A stretch of DNA of 64,000 nucleotides from Octopus vulgaris (lineage: Eukaryota): the NCBI GenBank assembly GCA_951406725.2, contig OX597819.1:75330001-75394000 (forward strand), given 5' to 3'. This document shows positions 25,210-38,221 of this stretch, piece by piece. Each line of letters opens with the position of its first letter. The stretch's first letter is position 1. Below the pieces are notes generated by a model that had not been told where the DNA came from, did not search any database, and saw only the letters and a program-made list of their open reading frames with translations. A program made the translations under genes and the position numbers.

Positions 25210-26464
25210 GCATCTGGTTCTGCTGAAAGTGACTGGGACAAATCTCTTCTACTTGTGACCGATGAATTGGACTCCAGTAAAAATGTATATGACTTTGAAG
25301 AATTTCAAGTGGGATCATCAAAAGGTTCAGGTAGAAAGTCTACTTCCCGACGAAATACTTACAGTGGACTCCAAAGTTCAATGGACAAAAAATTATCTGT
25401 GAAGAAAATAGCAGCAATAAAAGCTGTTTTCAATGACAAAAAGAAAAAAGTTTCCACAGGCTCAAAGAAGGCAAAAGTGAATAAAACCACTAAGACAGTA
25501 CAACCAAGCAAAAAAAACCTTGGTAAGCATATTGCTGTAAATAAAGCTGTTCCAGTAAATGGAAACTGGGATCAAAGTGAGAAATGCAAAGTTCCTGTGG
25601 TTGATAAAATGTCTGTCACACCTGAAGACCAGCTACTTAATGGGGCTGTCAGTTTTAGGGAAATAGAGAAAGAAAAGTCAAAGAAACACCTAGAAAATAA
25701 AATTGTATCAAAAATTAACCCTAGTTCAAATCGGCAGGGTGCTATGACTGTTACTGCTGAATCAGGTTCTATTTGGCCTGGCTTAAATGTGGTACCAACA
25801 AAGTATACGCAGTTGAAACGGTCACCAATGGAGGGACCACCACGAAAGGTGCAGCAAACAGTGTTGCCCAAATGTCTACCTCCCGCTTTAAAAAACACTG
25901 CTTCTGAATATTCTGATAAGAAAATTGGTGCTAAGAAGCCCCAGTTTCCTGGATCAAGTTCCAGTAAAAAGCAGATTGTTGAGTGTGATAATCTTGGATT
26001 GATTTTAAACAATCCTCCACCTGTTGGAGACACTAACAACCACATTGATCTTTTCACCTATCCTGTACCTATCACTAAAAAGAAAAAAGTAAAGACTGAT
26101 CAAAGTGGAAAGTTAAAAGAGAACAAGGAAACTCCTTCGAAGGGCTTCATGGACTTCTTGTATGCTGGCAGTGTGAAACGTTATTTGAAACCTTTGAAGC
26201 AACCAGTTCCTGAAAAGCCAGACACATCTCCTCCAGCGCTCATGTTGCCAAAATTTCTCACTACAGACACCTCAACGCCAAATACATCTTTGGTCACTGA
26301 CAATGTACCTGCTGCAAAGGATTTTGGAACAAAGTCTTTTTGTATTTCACCTGTTAAAGATTTTCAGTCACCTGCATCAATGCGCACATATGCTCATGTC
26401 TCCCGGCGCAGTAGTTTACAATCTCTCTTCACATCACGCACTAATGGAGGTCATTGTATTGATG
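25210..26464 (+). CDS. CDCA5: Sororin-like protein, coding exon 2
   Basis: Acceptor ttttcaag|GCA (phase 0) and donor GATG|GTAAGG (phase 1). Contains VYDFEE, KEN and TSTP...FG...SPV motifs. Confidence 0.82.
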
Positions 26465-26543
26465 GTAAGGACAGTTTTTCTTCTTCAGATTTGCAAATAG
26501 TTCTAAAATTTTCTTGTAATATGTATACAAGTGTGTGTTATTT

Positions 26544-26770
26544 CATCATCATCATTTAACGTCCGTTTTCCATGCTAGCATGGGTTGGACAGTTCAACTG
26601 GGGTCTGGGAAGCCAGAAGACTGCGCCAGGCGCAGTCTGATCTGGCAGTGCTTCTATGGCTGGATGCCCTTCCTAACGCCAACCACACCGTGAGTGTAGT
26701 GGGTGTTTTTTACGTGCCACCTGCACAGCGGCCAGACGAGGCTGGCAACGGCTACAATCGGATGGTGCAT
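26544..26770 (-). mobile_element. Octopus SINE 3' portion with (GAT)n tail
   Basis: catcatcatcatttaacgtccgttttccatgctagcatgggttggac...ggatgcccttcctaacgccaaccac; related pieces at ~23050, 29105, 39330 and 40590. Confidence 0.75.
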
Positions 26771-27029
26771 TTTATTTTGTATATATTTATATAAATACAC
26801 ATTTTAAGGAAATATTTTGGATTAGATCAAAGTTGTAGAGTGATGTTAAATGATTTACTTTTTTTCCTTACACTACCGAGGTCATATTGTGATTGGATTT
26901 TGCATTTCATCAATATAAAGTACTGTTGATATGTCAAAATTGGAACAATTAATTTCACTTAGAGCTGGTAGAAACATTAGCACACCAGGTGAAATGCGTA
27001 ACTGTTGTTCGTCTGTCATTACGTTTTAC

Positions 27030-27195
27030 ATAGGCTTAGGAGTGGTTGTGTAGTAAGTAGCTTGCTTACGAACCACATGGTTCCGGGTTCAGTCCCACTG
27101 CGTGGCACCTTGGGCAGGTGTCTTCTACTATAGCCTCGGGCCGACCAAAGCTTTGTCAGTGGATTTGGTGGATGGAAACTGAAAGAAGCCCGTCG

Positions 27196-27226
<31 letters not shown>

Positions 27227-27410
27227 TTGTGCCCCCCCCCCCCAACATTGCTTGACAACTGATGCTGGTGTATTTATGTCCCTGTAACTTAGCGGTTCGG
27301 CAAAAGAATAAGTTCTAGGCTTACAGAGAATAAGTCCTGGGGTCGATTTGCTTGACTAAAGGTGGTGCTCCAGCATGGTCACAGTCACATGGCTGAAACA
27401 AGTAAAACAG
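27030..27410 (+). mobile_element. Octopus tRNA-derived SINE, full length
   Basis: Near-identical to the 17.1 kb copy and includes the ggc.taggagtgg head. Confidence 0.88.
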
Positions 27411-29604
27411 TATTCCTACAAAATAAATATTTACCAGTGAATAGTAGTTACTGAATTTTTGTTGAAAATTGTCTTGTAGAACATTATCATTACCTGATGA
27501 TTTATATCTGAAGTATTCAAATATTGATGGGTGGAGAACAAGTGAAATAAAAACTGGTGTTATAAAGTTAGGTTCAACTGAGTGTTGAATACAATATACT
27601 TTCTCTAGGAAAATTGCTAATCTAGCAAGTTTTGTTGCTTAGATTTAAGTCAACCTGCTGGTCTGTTTGATCAGATAGAGTTCTGCTTGACATAATTTTA
27701 AGCAAATCTTTTAAAATCCCTTAAGACATTTTAATGTCTTTATGACATTAAAAAGATTTTAAAGACATTCTCAAATGATCAGGATATCTGAAATTTAAAA
27801 GGAAATCAGGCCTGTGATCTGATTTTTTTGCATACAAATATACACACCGTTTGGGGGCAGCTACAGCTATATGGTTGAAGTTTACTTCTCAACTATTTGG
27901 TTCCAAATTCAGTCCCACTGCTTGGTACCTTGGAGTCCCAGACTGGCCAAACCCCTATCAGTGAATTTGGTGGATGGAAACTGTGTGTGTGTATATTTGT
28001 CTCTTTTTGTTTTGAATATTGCTTGTATGATGGTGATACTCATCTACGATGCAATGTCATTACCAATGGATTGGTGGCAGGAAGGGCATCTGGCCATAAA
28101 AAAAATTTACCTCAGGAAGAAAGTTCCATCCTATCTATGCAAGCATAGAAAAGTAAGCAGTAAAATGATCAAAATCATCTTGTACAGTAGTCCTTACAAT
28201 TAGCTAGAAGGAAAACAGATCACTCTGTAAGAAGCAAGATGATCTAACGCATCTCTCCTTCATTTTATAGCTGTTAAACAAGCAAATGTAGAGACCTCTT
28301 TGTAGTTAATCAACCTGTCAACTGGAAGTCTTGAATTATACCCTACAATTTTAACAAAGAAAGGACACACTGGACTGGATTTCCCCCCCCTCCTAGTGTT
28401 TACTCTGCTTATATGTAGGGTCTGCTTGTTTTGAGTGATTGAGATGTTGCTTTTATCTGACATGGTAGGCCTATTGCTATATAACTGGTCCCTGAAGGAA
28501 CCATTTTCTGTCATAAGGAGACCAGTGATAGGAGGTGGAATTAAAACTCAAACAGAACGAACAGATACCAGAATGTATCTTGTCCGTTGCTCTCTGTCTA
28601 CCATACTGGATTGGAACTTTATCAACCTGAAAGGATAGAAGCCAAAGTTGACTTCATAAGCAGCATTTGAATTCAGAGTACAGACACCTGGAACAAAACT
28701 CCACAAAAGCACTCTATCCAGTACTTTACTATTAATATGCCACCTGATATACTACATACTTACCCCAACCCCGAAAAAATCAGAGCTGTAACTGCACTCT
28801 TTGATTTTCAGACTCTACCTCATATACCAATACCTTCATCATTTAACATGCAGTTTTCCATGTTTACATGAGTCAGATGGAACTTGTTAGAGCAAACTTA
28901 TTTGTGTGCTGGTGTGTGTGTGTGTGTGTGTATATGTATGTGCAGTACACATATTCAGGAATAAAACAACCTGAATAGGATCAGAAAGTGAACCAGTTGC
29001 AACTTCATGTTGATGCAAATGTTCCAGTGATAAGAAGTAATAGTTTCTAAATATTAACCCTTTAGCTTTCATATTATTCTGTCAAGTAATTATTAATTCT
29101 CATTCATCATCATCATTGTTTAGAGTTTGTTTTCCATGCTGGCATGGGTTAGATGGTTTGAATGGAGCTGGTAAGCAGAGAGCTGCTCCAGTCTCCAGTT
29201 TGTTTTGGCTTGTTTTCTATGATTGGATATGCTTCCTAATGCCAACCACTCCATAGTGTATTGGGTACATTTTACATGTCATTGGCACAAGCCATGACTA
29301 TGATTTCACTTGGCCAGTGCTGGTGACATAATTGCCACCCATGTCAGCAATATGTAAAAGATGTATTAATCATGCATTATGTTGTAGCCTTGAGATTTTG
29401 AAGAGGTAACTATTAATGTTTTAAATGATATTGTAGGGTTGGCGTGAGAGGCCGGATCATGCCAGTTTGATCATAAAGCAGATAAAATATTTTTGTTGGT
29501 TATGGCTTAAATGTCAAAGAGTTAATCTTAACATGAAATTGTTTTTAAAATTGTTTACAACTATGGTAGTGATGTATTCATTTCTGTATTTATTTTCTTC
29601 ACAG

Positions 29605-29672
29605 GAGATAGTATATTGCAAGAAAAGAAAAATTGCAAGTCAAAAGTAAAGAATAAAGGACCAGTCCGAAAG
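29605..29672 (+). CDS. CDCA5: Sororin-like protein, coding exon 3 (basic patch GDSILQEKKNCKSKVKNKGPVRK)
   Basis: Acceptor ttcttcacag| and donor AAG|GTATGC. The 68 nt convert phase 1 to phase 0, exactly as required to join the flanking exons. Confidence 0.78.
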
Positions 29673-30116
29673 GTATGCATTTGTGTAGAGATTCACTGAC
29701 AGCATGTTGTACATAAAATTGGCTTTAGTCTGACCTGTTAATAGGTTTGAGTTAAAGCCCGGTAGAAGAATTGTAAACTTTGTGTTGTTTCCATATCCCT
29801 GGTCAGCACTGCTCAACCCATTAACATTCAGATTTCTATCATCATCATCTTCGCTAAACGAAGATGATGATGATGTCAATTGTAATGCTTATTTATTCAC
29901 CTTGCTCGAATTAATCATGCATCATCTAATAGCTTCAAAATTTTGATGATGTGATTGTATATTGTTAGAATGACATTGTAGGGTGAGTGTGAAAGGCCAT
30001 ATCTGACTGGTTTGAATATAAAACAATATTTGGGCTGGATATGTTTAGTTTGAAAGCTAAACGGTTAAACTGATCTATGACATTCTAGAACTAAATCTAA
30101 TAAGGTGCCTGTCATC

Positions 30117-32120
30117 AACCAGTTCAAAGAAGGCCAAACTTTATTCTGCTTGCCATCTAATCTGTTAATCATGGTTGTTCAATGATTAAGATGCGTTGTT
30201 TTATATTAGGTAAAGACAGTACCCATCTATCAACGTCACTTGACACTATGCCACATTTTCATACTCAATACAAAATAAGATATCTATTATTTACTATTGT
30301 AGAAAGGAATTAATGATAGGATACTATAATTCATAACCGTCTTACCTGCTGAGTGAAAAGTTACTCATGATGCATTCAAAACATATACTCCTTTAGATAA
30401 AATGGAGTCTTGATAATTCATCCTGATCTCAGTTTTCTTGTCTCTTTTTGTCCTTGAATAGTTGTTTTGTTACCTGTGTTATTCTCAATCGGGTATTTTT
30501 CACGTTTTGTTAGCCTTACTATTCAGGTGCTCTTTGCCAGTTGGTAATCTCATATTTTCACGTGCCAGACTCTGAGCTCCGTTTCCTTATTGATACATTG
30601 CTTGTATTCGTGTACTGTCAGGGTTGGTTCCTTGTTGATTTATTATTTGTAGATCTTGTTCAGTATCGGACGCTGTTTGTCTAGTTAACCGTGGTTGTGT
30701 TTGTGTGTTATCTTTGCTTCCTTGATTGAAAGATTGTCCTGCAGGAGCAAGATTGTGTGTTGACACTGTATCTCTTTATCCGTTTCCAAATTGTATGCAT
30801 GCAAAGTGGGGAGAAATTGTCTCCAACAATTTAACGTTTTCTGCAAGTGGATCCCCCTTCTGAGATGTTGACGATGCAATAGTATGCTTCTGGTATTCTG
30901 GAGGAATTCAAGTAGAATGGTTCTCACTGCCGATTATTTTGAAAAGTTAAACATTCGCTTATGAAGGGTTGTGTTCTTAGCTGTACAGAGGAGTCCTCTC
31001 ATGGCTGATAGTGCCATGGGATGGGCTGTCAACCATTGTCCTTTATCTAGTAGGGAACTAAGCTAGATTTATGGCCTTCATGAGGGTACCGTTGGTCCTT
31101 TCACATTGGCCACTACCTTTAGTTTGATAGGGAGATGTTCTAGTTTTTATTGTCCTGTTAGCGTGAATGAAGTCCTGGAGCTTATTATCAAATTGGGTTC
31201 CTCTGTCAGAGTGTATACAACTTGGTGATCCAAGCAATGAAAAGGGGTTGAGCAGGTGGGAAATTACTGTTTCCGTACTTGTGTTTTTGCATGGGTATGC
31301 AAATGGGTACCTTCAGTATTCATTGACTATTACCAATAGGTAGTGATATTGATAGATACCAGCTGAGCCTTGTGATAGGTTACAAGTGTCTTCAGTTGCC
31401 ACCGCCATGGTTTGAGCAAGCTTATAGAGTGTTTCTAAGCTGTCATCTGATGACACGAGAAGTCTTTATCTGTTTGATGGTGATTGAAGCCCAGCCACAA
31501 AGGCATCACCAATTAGAATTTCTCAGTAATGGTCTGCTATTAGGGCTTGGATTTTACACTTCTTGGCCAGCGACTGAAGGCTTGACATAAATTCTTCTAT
31601 AGACTCATTTTCCTTTTGTTTTCAAGTTTGTAGCTTATGGGCACATCATTATGTTCTATTGCTGTATTGATGGTTTTGAATTTTTGATGATGGGGTAGGT
31701 CTTTGCTCCACAGAGGACTAAGAGTACCTCCAGTTTAGATTCATTTGGAACTTTTGCTTTTGCTATGAAGATGTTGCATCTGTTTCCAGTAAATATAATC
31801 TTCCTCAGTTGGGCTGTCTGGTAGGGTCCTCTCGAACACTTTGGCATCTTTTCAGAATAAAGTTTGAATAAAATTTGTCATAAACCAGTTCAAAGAAGGC
31901 TTTTATTCAAACTTTATTCTACTTGCTGTCTAAAACCATTAATCATGGCTGTTCAATGATTGTCGTGTTATTTTATATAAGGTAAAGACAGTATCCATCT
32001 ATCAATGTCATTTGACACTATGCAGCATTTTCGTACTCAATACAAAATAAGATATCTATATTTCTATCTATTACTTACTATTGTAAAAAGGAATTAATGA
32101 TAGGATATTGTAATTCATAA
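30117..32120 (-). mobile_element. Decayed element, probably Penelope-like, bounded by ~220-bp direct repeats
   Basis: 30117-30336 matches 31883-32120; short inverted copy at ~31855-31875; the interior has only a broken coding-like signal. Confidence 0.45.
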
Positions 32121-32229
32121 GTCTCCAGTTATGGTAATTTGGCTTCTAGTGTCTGACCTAATCCTTGATTAAAGTATTTCACCTATGGTCATCTTGTCTG
32201 TTACACAGATATAGTGTATTTATCCATCT

Positions 32230-33030
32230 CCGCCCACTATTCCTGAGAGAATCATTGGAGTAAAGTCCTTAGGCACCTCCACCATACAGTTCTATCAGAT
32301 GTAATCAAATTTTCTGACTGAATTACCAAGCATGACCATTTGAGACTATGGATAATATCCAACCATCTTGTTTTTGGTCTACTCCTAGAGCTCCCACTAG
32401 TTAGCTTGGTTTGGAGAATCCATCTTGTGATTCTTTCCTGTGATATTCTAATTGCATGTCTGTAGTACTAGAGATGTGACCATTCAATGTGGAGATGTAG
32501 TGACTTGACCTGTAGAGACTCCTTGATTTCCAAGCTATGCACCTTGTTGAGTAACTTTATTTCAGAGATCCTCTGGGAGAACCCCATTTCAGCAACTTGT
32601 ATTTGTAATTGTATTCTTTTGGTCATACCCAACATTCATGACCATAGGTGAGGATAGGTACAAAAACTGAATTGAAGATAGTGTGCTTTGCTTTTTTTAC
32701 CAACCTCTCCTCTTCTTAGTACTGAATGCTGGTGTTGGTGCACTACTGTGCCAGCACCAGCAATTCATGTGCCCAATTCAATCTCCTGCTTCCCATCACT
32801 CATGGATATGACTCCAAGATACTTAAATGGTTCCACTTGTCTCAGTGACATTCCACTAACATGCAAAGTGCTCTGGGAAGACCAATACCTCAGTTTTTGC
32901 AACACTAGTTCTCATCTCTGCCTTGCAGCACTTTGCAGGGAACCTATTCAATGCATGCTGGAGATCACTCTCTGATGAGCCAAGTAACAAATATCAACTG
33001 ACTGTGATGTCTCTTCCACAGTGGCTGTGT
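32230..33030 (-). mobile_element. Old non-LTR retrotransposon 3' fragment (RT C-terminal region)
   Basis: Minus strand gives QVEPFKYLGVI...DGKQEIELGT...LTYGHECWV, a typical LINE RT thumb region; decayed. Confidence 0.6.
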
Positions 33031-33044
33031 GTGTCAATTTGGTT

Positions 33045-36000
33045 GGCATCCTTTTTGTCTCGGGAGACAATGGAGTTGCGCATAGTCTAGTCCAGCTTTT
33101 ACATTTCATGTCCTGATACATTTCCTGCTGTGGCTGTGTAGTCCTATCCTGGACAAACACTCCCTCTGGCAGGTACCACAAATGTAGCGAAGACTGTTCC
33201 TGGCTGGTTGTAATGCCATAGTTTCTTGTTGACATTTTTTCTTGTCTTTCCATTTCTCCTCTCTCTCTCTGTCACTCCTTTGTATTTCCTCTCTTACGGT
33301 ACGTCGCCAGTCTCCACGGTTGCCGGCAACTGCCTCCCAACCGCTAATATTGATGTTGCAGGCCTTCATGTCCCTTTTGCAAACATCCTTGTAACGTAAG
33401 AGCGGTCTACCCACAGACCTAGTACCCCTAGCAAGCTCTCCGTAGAGTATGTCCTTAGGGATTCTGCCATCTTTCATACGGCTAACATGCCCAAGCCATC
33501 TCATACGTCTTTGTGTGAGGAGTGCAAACATGCTTGGTATTCCTGCTTGCCTGAGGACATCTTTGTTGGGGATATGGTTCTGCCATTTGATGCGGAGGAT
33601 TTTCCGGAGGCAGCGCAGGTGAAAGATGTTTAGGCGACGCTCTTGGCGTGTGTATAGCGTCCAAGTCTCACTTCCATACAGTAGAGTGCTAAGTACACAT
33701 GCCTGGTAGATCTTCATTTTCGTGGTCTTGGTCAGCTTATTGTTGTCCCAAGCCCGTTTGGAGAGTTGGGCCATCGCAACAGCTGCCTTGCCAGTGCGTA
33801 TATTGAGCTCAGCGTCGAGGGATAGGTTGTAGGTGACGGTAGAGCCCAGATAGGTAAACTTCTCCACCTCTTGTAATCTGTGGTCTCCAATATGTATGTT
33901 TGGGATGTCCGATGTAGCCTGACCCATGATGTTGGTCTTCTTAAGGCTGATAGCTAAGCCAAAGTTGTTACATGCTTGCTCAAAACAGTTAATGAGCCTT
34001 TGGAGGGCTTCTTCTGTGTGTGATACCAGAGCGGCATCATCAGCAAATAGCATCTCCTTGATCAGGACATTTCTGATTTTGGTCTTGGCACGCAGGCGCG
34101 AGAGATTGAACAGTTTCCCGTCACTTCTACTGTGCAGAAACACTCCATCATCTGATGTCTGAAAGGCATGTGAGAGTAAGAGTGAGAAGAGGATGCCAAA
34201 CAATGTAGGAGCGAGGACACAACCTTGCTTTACCCCGTTTTTTATTTGGAAGGCGGCTGATGTTGAACCGTTGTCCTGTATGGTGCCTTGCATTTCATCA
34301 TGGAAAGACTTGATGATCCTCAGCAGCTTTGGTGGACATCCGATTTTTTGGAGCAGGGTGAAGAGGCCTGTTCTGCTTACTGAGTCAAAGGCCTTTGTTA
34401 GATCAATGAAGGCCATATATAATGGCATTCTCTGCTCTCTGGACTTCTCCTGATGTTGGCGTATGGAGAATATCATATCGATAGTTGATCTGCTTCTTCT
34501 AAAGCCACACTGCGGTTCCAGATAGATTCGAGAAGCAAGTAGTTGTAGCCTGGCCAGGATAATGCGGGCAAAGGTCTTTCCAACAGTGTTTAGAAGAGAT
34601 ATTCCACGGTAATTGTTACAATCACTACGGTCACCTTTGTTTTTGTAAAGCGTAATGATGTTAGCATCCCGCATATCCTGAGGGACTGTACCCTCTTCCC
34701 AGCACTGACACAGAAGCTCATGAAGGTGCCGAAGCAGGATGGTGTTTTTGCTGGCTTTGATGATCTCTGAGAGGATGCCGTCTTTTCCCGGATCCTTGTT
34801 TCTTGCTAGGGAGTTAACAGCCTTGATGAGCTCTGCTATAGATGGTGGACTGTCAAGTTTGCACATGACTGGCAAGATCTTGACACTCTCGACTGCAGCC
34901 TCAGCCACTGTAGTCTCCCGTGAGTAGAGATCCTGGTAGTGCTCCACCCATCTATCCATTTGCTTGCTTTGATCCCTGATGAGATCTCCAGTAGTTGATT
35001 TCAGAAGGGCTGACTTGGTTGCGGATGGACCGAGGGCCTTCTTCAAACCGGCATACATCCCACGGGTGTCGCCACTGTCAGCAGCTGACTGGATACTCTG
35101 ACAGATTTCTTGCCAATACCTATTTGCACAGCGTCTGGCTGTCAGTTGGGTTTTATTTCGTGCCTTTCTGAGTTCTTCGAGTGACTTTGTAGAAGAGTCA
35201 CTCTTGTATTGCGTCAGAGCTGCACGCTTTGCTTCGATAACTGGCTCCAGCTCTGAGAGCCCAGCATTGAACCAATCTGGGTTTTGCCTTTCTCTCATGC
35301 CGAAAGTATCTATTGATGTCGTATACAAAGCTTCCCTGATATAGTTCCACCTACTTTCAGCAGAGGAGGTTGGGCAGCCACTGAGGGCAACCTTGATAGA
35401 AGCAGCAAAACATTTTCGCAGTGTAGGGTCCGAGGTTCTGGCAGTGTTAATGCGTGGTCGGCCCACTTTCTTGGGGCAATGGACTTTTTTAGGTAGAATC
35501 CTCACCCTACTTCTAATTAGTGAGTGGTCTGTGTCACAATCCGCGCTGTGGTAACTGCGGGTCAATAGAGTAGAATTCAGAAAGGATCTCCGTGTAATGA
35601 TGAGATCCAGCTGATGCCAGTGGTGAGATCTTGGATGTCTCCAAGATGCCTTGTGGGATGGCTTGTTGGTAAAGAATATGTTTGTGATGCACAGGTTGTG
35701 GTATGTGCAGAATTCGAGTAGTCTCTGACCATTGTCATTCATGTTGCCAATATCAAAGTGTCCAACACAAATGGGCCATGAATCATGGTCAGATCCCACG
35801 CGAGCGTTAAAATCCCCTAGAAGGTAGATATTTTCAGTCGTTAGTATATTTTCTATGACACAGTTGAGATCTTTGTAGAACTGGTCCTTGTCTCCTCTGA
35901 GCTGTAGAGGTTGGGAGCATAGATGCTGAGTAGATATACTAAGCCAGAAGTCGAGAGGCACAGTGAGAGGATACGCTCAGTGCCTCCTGATGGTGGTTCT

Positions 36001-36850
36001 ATTGAAGAGAGTAGTGAGTTTCTCACTGCAAAGCCAACACCATATTGACGAGGTTCTTCTGGATCTCTTCCCTGCCAAAAGAAGGTGAAATCCTGCTCTT
36101 TGAGTTTGCCGTTTGAGGGAAGTCTTGTCTCCTGTAGCCCAGCAATGTCTATGTTGAGCCTCTTTAGTTCACGGTCAATGATGGCCGTTTTCCTTGTGTC
36201 TTCAACCCTGAGTAGATCATCAGATATTCCAGGGCACACGGTCCTGACATTCCAGCTTGCTAACCGCAGGACTGGTGTTTTCTTGACTTTTAGTTGTTTG
36301 CCTGGTGCAGAGGTTGCAGGTCGCTTTTCAAGTCATACTCTTAGCTCCAAGCACCCAATGAAGCAGGCGGCCTGTAGCGGGTCAGCACCTTATTAACTGG
36401 GGGCTGCCCAGCTTGAGGTGGGCAGTAGCTAACCAATAGGACACGGAGGTCCCTCCCACCGTCAGAGGTAACCCGTAGCGCCCATATTTTACGCCAATCT
36501 GAATGGACTTATCACTCGTGACTGTTACCTCTCCGTGTTGTTTCTGCAGCTTTTTACAGCAGCACTGAAGTGTCCTCTCCAGTTTTGCGCAGGCCTGGGC
36601 TAGAGATAAGAAAGTCCTGGGTAGCCCAATCATCAGGTTTTTTCTCTCAACCTTGCTGATGTAGTCCAAAGGAGTGCAGTGCATTACGTTTGGCACCAGC
36701 TTGGTTGCAGGAGCTGCCGGAAGAGTGTCGAGTCGAACACTAGACCGCCTTTGGGGCTCCACTCCGGATTTCTTTGAAGGTTGTCTCCTTTCCGTAACCC
36801 TGGATAGGGGCCCATACCGGGTCAATTTAGTTCATAAAAATTATGCAAAG
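33045..36850 (-). mobile_element. Nearly intact RTE-clade LINE (AP endonuclease, RT, C-terminal C2H2 finger) in the last sororin intron
   Basis: LASWNVRT...IAGLQETRL, LLGDFNARVG, YRGISLL, FIDLTKAFDSV, GVKQGCVLAP, LFADD, CGTCQREC...HSHSRKC. One 1-nt frameshift at ~35889 joins ORF 35853-36239 to the 951-aa ORF. Confidence 0.95.
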
Positions 36851-38221
36851 GAGTGACAATACACACACTTGCCAAATTCCAACGTCTACATTAACCCTGT
36901 TATTATATTGCTGAAATACATCCCCTGTAATTAGGGCACACTTTTTTGTCTCTCTTTCTAAAAAATTTGGACATCTCCCGAGATTGCCTTTGCTTTGGTG
37001 TCATTCAGAGATCCAAGCCACCTGACATACACAAGTTAGCCAGAAAATGCCATCTCTATTCAAGATCTCTTAACATTTTGGGCTGAATTTCATTGCCTCT
37101 ATGACTTAGTTCTTTGTGTTGTTAATTTTTGCCCTTAGATGCACATCATGTCTGCTAGAAAATTTTATGATTAAATTTAGGAAATCAGCAAAGCATTCTC
37201 TCCTTCTCTTAAGAATGCTCATCTCTGTAGAGAAAAGAACCAGAGTTCTTAATGGCAGGGGTGAAAGAGCACTTGTTACAATGTTTGCAGGTGGTCTGCT
37301 AGTATACTTTATTGGCCAAACCAAAGTCAGTCCTGTTTAATCCAAAATTTCTCCCATAGCTTAGCCTTGGGTATTTTTACTGTCTCTGTAACTTCACATG
37401 CCTCAATGTACCACTTGAGCAAAAGGGATGACTTGTTTCCAACCCAAGCTTTGTAAGTCTCCTTCTTAGCTTCATGGCATTTTAAACTTTCTAGTGGTTC
37501 TTTTACTACCTGATTCCACTCTGAGTAACTCTTGTCTTCAGCATTTTACTGCTGAAGAGGAAACTGCTGAACAAAACCTCCTCCATTTCAGCATTGTCAG
37601 TTTATTTAGGAAGGTCTCTGAATTTAAATGCAATAGTGTCTACTTATTTGTTTCTGATCCCTTCATTCATCTTTATCCTGTAAATTGCACTAGACTTAAC
37701 CAGTTTTGTGACTTCTCTCTCTCTTGTAGATAGTGTCAGGTTGCAGATAACTTGGTGGTTTTCAGTTGATAGTTCCACCCCTCTTTTTACATGTAAAGCA
37801 CATTATTTTTAGCAGTTTCTGAATCTGCATAAGTCAAAAGCAAAACCTGTTCTCCAGATAAGTAATTTAAAGAAGAGAAAAAAAAAATTAAACAGAAACA
37901 GACAATCTCTTGTTGCTTGGCCTCAGCTCAGGCTTGATCATCCATTGGGTCTTTAGACAAAAGTCTATCTAGGACTAAAGTCAATCTTATTGTGTTATTC
38001 GAGGGAAATGTGGTTGCTGTTTTTTGTAGGACAAGTGATTGATTATAGAGAGGCTCTTTCATTGGTGCCTATGAATCAACGTTTATAAACAATGTTTATA
38101 ATGAATAGCCAAGATTCGTAAGGGAGGTAACTGGGAAGCAACCTTGAATTGATTTAATAGTTTTTTCTTGAATAAAAGTAAATAATAGACATTTATAACC
38201 TTTTTTTTTTATTTATTCCAG

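Noticed and set aside
21402-26057. Antisense ORFs of 101-161 aa over the sororin exons
   Set aside because: Shadow frames of the plus-strand coding exons.
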